This document shows, piece after piece, positions 59,101-64,000 of a stretch of 64,000 nucleotides of DNA. The stretch is from assembly GCA_002633005.1 (NCBI GenBank), contig NMRA01000011.1:95400-159399 (forward strand), in the 5' to 3' direction. The DNA comes from Phoronis australis (lineage: Eukaryota > Animalia > Phoronida). Within the stretch, counting starts at the first letter, position 1, and the number at the start of each line of letters is the position of its first letter. The notes beneath the pieces were generated by a model. It saw only the letters and a list, made by a program, of their open reading frames with translations. It searched no databases and had not been told where the DNA came from. Position numbers and translations under genes: made by a program.

Positions 59101-60123
59101 ACTAAAAACATAACGAATTTCTTGTTTTATCGTTCTGGTCAAAGTTGATAACTTCATACCATCCCTTCCATAAATTTTTGCAAAAATTCATGTTTCTGTC
59201 GTAAAACCGATACTTTCACCTTAAGCCAACCGAATGACCGACAACGGCAGTAGCTATATTGTGGATATGAGGGCGAAGTTAACAGACGTAATTGTATTCT
59301 CAAGCGAGAGCTCGGTGTCCAGTTGAAGATCAAGGTAGCTTAGAAATGAGCGTAGGTTTATAACACTATCTTTTACAAATATCACTAAAATTTACATTAT
59401 TGTTCGTTTGTGGTAGAAGAGAACACCTTGCTGGCCGGGTGAACAGTTCACTTGCATCCGCCCCAAATGAATTAATACCTGCCCTCAGTTACGAAACTGC
59501 AACAGACTTATAATCACACATCGCTAACACCACTGAAGTAAAATTTGTTAGCATATGATAGCGGTCGGATAGTATGGAAAGCCATCTAAAAGAGCGTGAA
59601 CATTGCACTCGCACGCCCACGTCGTCATTTTAACACTGTCCGGGGCAGGTGGTATGACGTTATATCCCATCGTGCGCAGAGTGAAAATGGCGAGTTATCA
59701 ATTTTGGGAACTGAACGAGGGACTGCTCTAAGAAAAAGCTTATTAACGGGTGTATTTATTCGAGTTTTAGTCAGTGCGATGCACAATTCGCCTAAAAGCT
59801 TCCGGCGTATGAAGCCCTTATGATAGCTCCACCGTCCTAGTGGCAGGTCAGTAGGACGGTGGTCACTGTGACTGTCTAGCAGCAACGGAGAGCTGAACGC
59901 TGTGAGCAGACGATCGTTTCAGTTAAAATATTTAGGTCTCAATTTCCTGTAAAGACCTTAGCTCTCAGTGTACATATACTGTATGCATCCATAACGAAAC
60001 ATTTTCGTTGTATTTGAATAGTGGAGTTGCAACGCCGCCATATTGAAAATGGGTCAGAATGTTGCATTGTGGTTAAGCCGGTAAACAAGTACGTCGGCAA
60101 GCGAGGGGGCGAACCGACCACAG

Positions 60124-60427
60124 GGAGGTTATACGTGTTGTGTGCCTGGCATGCTATAATACCAGTTAGCGAGATAAAGAATTAGTTACTATGTGTTTCC
60201 CAATGATCAAGAACTGCGTTAAACATGGGTCAGAGACATCGGCAGAGCTGGTAGCAAAGGCCGACTTCGTGAATTCATTCCGACTTCGTATCATAAAGTA
60301 TGCAGCGCTCATTTTGAGGGCGGCAAGAACACGTATCTTGGAAACTGCCCAACAATATCTCCCTTCAAAGAAACAGTAACAAATACTCCACGGCGGTTGA
60401 CAGTGAAAAAACCTTGTTTTCGCTTGA
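60124..60427 (+). pseudogene. Decayed THAP (C2CH zinc finger) domain, probably a DNA-transposon transposase N-terminus
   Basis: With compensating +1/-1 frameshifts: GGYTCCVPG/CYNTS*RDKEL/YYVFPNDQELR*TWVRDIGRAGSKGRLREFIPTSYHKVCSAHFEGGKNTYLGNCPTISP. THAP hallmarks are present: C-x4-C start, FP, W, CSxHF, PT. Confidence 0.85.
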
Positions 60428-61449
60428 CCAGAACCAAGCCAACATGAGCAATTTTGATTATAATGCCTCTGCACAATCACCTGTTCTGGGTCAACTCACT
60501 TAACGTACGCACACTATATGCATTAACGCGCTAAGATAAAGCGTGCAGAATATCATTATTTACTTTGTACAAAATTGTGGTGCAAAATTCTTTGTTAAAT
60601 TGCGATCATTTTTCATAAACTTTTGTTGAATTCCCAGGGCGAAATCTTGCCGACAAATGCGTAGCTGCCGGTCTCGCAATCGTCGCTAGGGCTTGAATTC
60701 TCGAACAAGAATACAGCTCCGACTCAACAAATTACCTGAAATCCTCCTCAAGTTTTCCAAATAGCGTCTCTAAGATTTTTAAGTTCTTGTGGAGTCTTTA
60801 CTAACTGCAGATTGCGTCCAAATCTGCGCTAGATTGTAGCCCGCAACACTAGAAAAATCTCTGGAGGAACACACATGTTGTTGTCACGTGACGTTCGTTT
60901 TGAAGTTTTATGCGAGTGTGTGAGAGTAAGCGTGCGTGTGCTTGTCGTCAGAGTTCATTTGCCAGAGTAAATGCGATGTAATGATCTAGTTGTGCATTAT
61001 ATCCAAAGAAATTAAGTCAAGCAGAGCGTGTTTTAATATTTAGCTTAGCACTTGCTGGCCTCATCTGCTAAAAAAACGTCCGAGAATTGTTTCGGTAAGA
61101 CCGATAGGCCCCCTATGTCACTCATTGAGTCGCCGGATGATTGGATGCGTGACCGTAGTGTAACAGCTATTTTCCGGAAGATTTGGGGTGTAAGGGTGCG
61201 AATGTATTCACTATCAGCGTGTCATTTTGACCTTAAAAACACCAATTATGATTAGTTAAATATTTTCTCTTAAAAATAATGCAAAAGTTTTTTACGGTAT
61301 AAGAAACTTTCGGAAATTAGTGCCAATATTTATTTGCCAATGCTATGTTACACATTTCATGAATAGATAGTTCCCGTCTAAATGTCTTCGATGACAGCCG
61401 GTACATTATGAAGCGCGCTTCTTGGCAGCGTGCTAACACTGGTTGAGTT

Positions 61450-61690
61450 TTTTTTATTTTCACTTCGATTCATGGTTCTCACGTGTACAAAGAAGTTTGG
61501 ATTCCTGCTGAGGCCGGAGAAGATCTGTACCGGAAAGAAACAAGGCAATCCCGCTGAAAAGTACGCTGCGTCTGTTTTCAAAGTCCAGAACCGCGTAGTG
61601 GGGCACATCCCTCGCAAGAGCAGCAAAACTTCTGCGTTCTTTTTGAATCGCGGCGTAAGTTTGAAATGTATTCGGACATAACGGTGAGGC
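61450..61690 (+). pseudogene. Decayed HIRAN-like domain ORF
   Basis: SIHGSHVYKEVWIPAEAGEDL / KQGNPAEKYAASVFKVQNRVVGHIPRKSSKTSAFFLNRGVSLKC matches the pattern RGYHVY..W.P..GE.L...EP.N..D.YAV.V....VVGH.PR; one frameshift. Confidence 0.75.
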
Positions 61691-61784
61691 TCGTGGTCTA
61701 CAAATTCAAGACTGTCGGATCTTTCAATTGATAAATTGGAGACGTTAGAACTGTAGGTAAGGGCATTTTTCGCATGTAGTTCAT

Positions 61785-61870
61785 GGGCTGGGCGCTTACT
61801 TTAGCACAGTCTGAAAACGCCTAAGCGCACTTGTTGGGGCATGGGCGATTATTAGGGCGAATAGCGGCAG
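61785..61870 (+). mobile_element. Probable right terminus of a Tc1/mariner-pogo-like element carrying the HIRAN ORF
   Basis: Repeated atgggc..ggcgcttac and ggggcatgggcgattattagggcgaata(g)cggca resemble ...AATACGGTA termini; no left end found. Confidence 0.4.
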
Positions 61871-61998
61871 AATTACATACAGCAGGGAAGTTTAATGCAC
61901 ACAAATCACACGTCGTGCAAACCCCAGTCGGCCATTCCATATACCCTCATCAATCCCAATAGCCTTTGCACACCCTAATTTCCGTACATGCGCAATCG

Positions 61999-62379
61999 TT
62001 AAATCGATTCGGTTGCAACTCTATTAGATTTTAGCTGATTTTGTTGGCCGGGGACGCTTGACCTATTTATGATGACCCAGATTGAAACTTCAGCGAGGCC
62101 CAAAAATAGCCGCCTGATCACCTTACGTCGGAATTTTGGTGAACCTTGTCCGCTTTTATAGCAGTAAAACTGGTTTTTAAAAAACGACGCATTGAAATAG
62201 TGATTTAGGTAATCCAAATGATCGAGCTCAATCAAATTTGGCGTTGCACTAGTAAATTTACTCCACCAGGAGCCTTCTAACAGGCCTCTGCCGTTGTATA
62301 CGGCTTCTACCGTGGTATACGGATTGGCTCTACTTTCCCGAATATCACAGTTGATAATCTGACGGTATACAATATCCAT
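61999..62379 (-). other. Unassigned 126-aa ORF
   Basis: Longer than most background ORFs here; no recognisable family and no clear splice context. Confidence 0.15.
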
Positions 62380-63465
62380 AATTATTTACACATATATAGA
62401 ATAAATGCATAGCTTATAATCTATCGCAGGTACCAAAGTACACGTTCATGTATTAACGTCCGCACAGAGAAGGACTTGCGGATTACTTTTGCATTGTTAC
62501 AGCGAAAATTCACATGGCACTCTCATACACAGTATTGTGGAGGTGTGGAAAAGTGCTCAAACGAATATGATGAGTTGTTATAAAGTGCCTTTGGAATTAA
62601 ATCTAAGCGTGTATTGAACAGCCAGCGCATTGTTCTCGTGAGAACGCGTGCAACGAAGGCTTTCTCAATGAAAGAAAGCGTTGTCTTTCGAAATGCGACG
62701 AAAAGAGGTACAGGCATGTGACAAGGCGCAAGGAGTGGGGTAAGTCAATCCAAAACCATTTCCTGAATAATGTAAAATGAGGAATAAATTCGTTCAGACT
62801 GAAGTTTGCAAGTACCTTGCAGTTGATGCTGTACGAATGTACGAGTGAATCTGGAAGTGTCACATATATCAATGCTTGCGTTCTTATTGACTGGTATCTG
62901 TTTTAATCCAGATGAGGACAGGAAGCTATTACGTCACAGCCCCGGCAACTGAAATACTCCAAATTGGAGACAGACATCATTAGTCGGTGGATTCTTCCCT
63001 TGCACTAACTTATTTGTTCACACCGGCAAAATTCATCAAAATTATTTTGTAAGATCTGAAACATATGACACAGCATCTGTGTACCATACAAATCATCATG
63101 TTTACCACATAATTCAGAATTTAACTGATGCTTTTCCAGATACAGTTTTTGACCTATTTCCATTTTACATTGAGGATTAGCAAAACAGATAATAACCAAG
63201 ATGGAGGAATCTCTTAGACTTACCTGGCAAAGTTTCGCCTGGCCTTGGCGCAAAGCTTAATACTAAATACATGTGTACAGCCTTGCGCCGATGTGGGTAA
63301 AAAACTGTCCAGATCAAATCTGACACAAAATACGTGTCATTAAAAACTAAACTCTTCCTTGAGTAAATTAAATTATTTAACGGTGTTGAACAGCTTGTTA
63401 TTTAAAATGACATATTCTTATTAAAATGACTTGAAGCCCCCCGACCCCCCCCCCCCCCAGCCACA

Positions 63466-63493
63466 TCTCACGTAATCTCACGTAATCTCACGA
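63466..63493 (+). repeat. 10-bp tandem repeat (atctcacgta, about x3) after a poly-C tract
   Basis: Direct observation. Confidence 0.8.
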
Positions 63494-63625
63494 AGTCTTG
63501 CTTTATAGCGTTATTGAACGGGAGGCTGGTTTCTGCTGAGATGAATACATTAACTGGACTGTTATGGACACAACTCTCAGAATTGCGTTCGGCAAAACTT
63601 TCCTGACCATATTCGACTATGTGTT

Positions 63626-64000
63626 AAAAGACTCGAGGAGGAGCAGCTGGAAAATTAGGATGCCCTCTAATTTACAGAGTGGATTCAAACAAGGAATTAA
63701 CATATTGTAGTGATTTCCCTTGCAAAACTCCGCAGAGGCTCTTAGGCAGCTGAAATTTGGATTAAGTCCGGAACAATAAAAGAGGACTTGACATGTTGTC
63801 AAAAATAGGTCGCAAGCCGTAGCTCCTTCCTGTGACCATGACAGGGGGACAAAATTCTTGTGTGGCTACCGAATTTTAAGTTGCATATTTTTAAAACATT
63901 TCCCGTGCATTCCTAACATAACGTTATTTAGCAAGAGGTGGCNAAAAGACTCGAGGAGGAGCAGCTGGAAAATTAGGATGCATTCTAATTTACAGAGTGG
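63626..64000 (+). repeat. Direct duplication (63626-63682 repeated at 63944-64000) across a single N
   Basis: 57 bp with 2 mismatches; the second copy starts immediately after the N at 63943. Confidence 0.8.

Overview
Eukaryotic, AT-rich, intron-containing genomic DNA. Splice signals, repeat types and sequence style suggest a marine invertebrate, possibly a deuterostome (inference). The one confidently supported gene is a complete 14-exon ADHFE1 (hydroxyacid-oxoacid transhydrogenase, Fe-ADH family) on the minus strand, CDS 27401->3355, 1455 nt, 484 aa, with all 13 introns GT-AG. The rest is intronic and intergenic sequence dense with old mobile DNA: hAT-like and Kolobok-like MITEs, an inverted pair of Penelope-like fragments with degenerate hammerhead-like motifs, a CR1/L2 3' fragment, decayed THAP and HIRAN ORFs, a 137-bp satellite running into an assembly gap, a ~440-bp degenerate array with CTCF-like motifs, and strong enrichment of TACATGTA. 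I found no intact novel multi-gene system. The best leads are candidate alternative 5' exons of ADHFE1 and the transposon-related architecture. Human comparisons are from memory and all alignments were done by eye.
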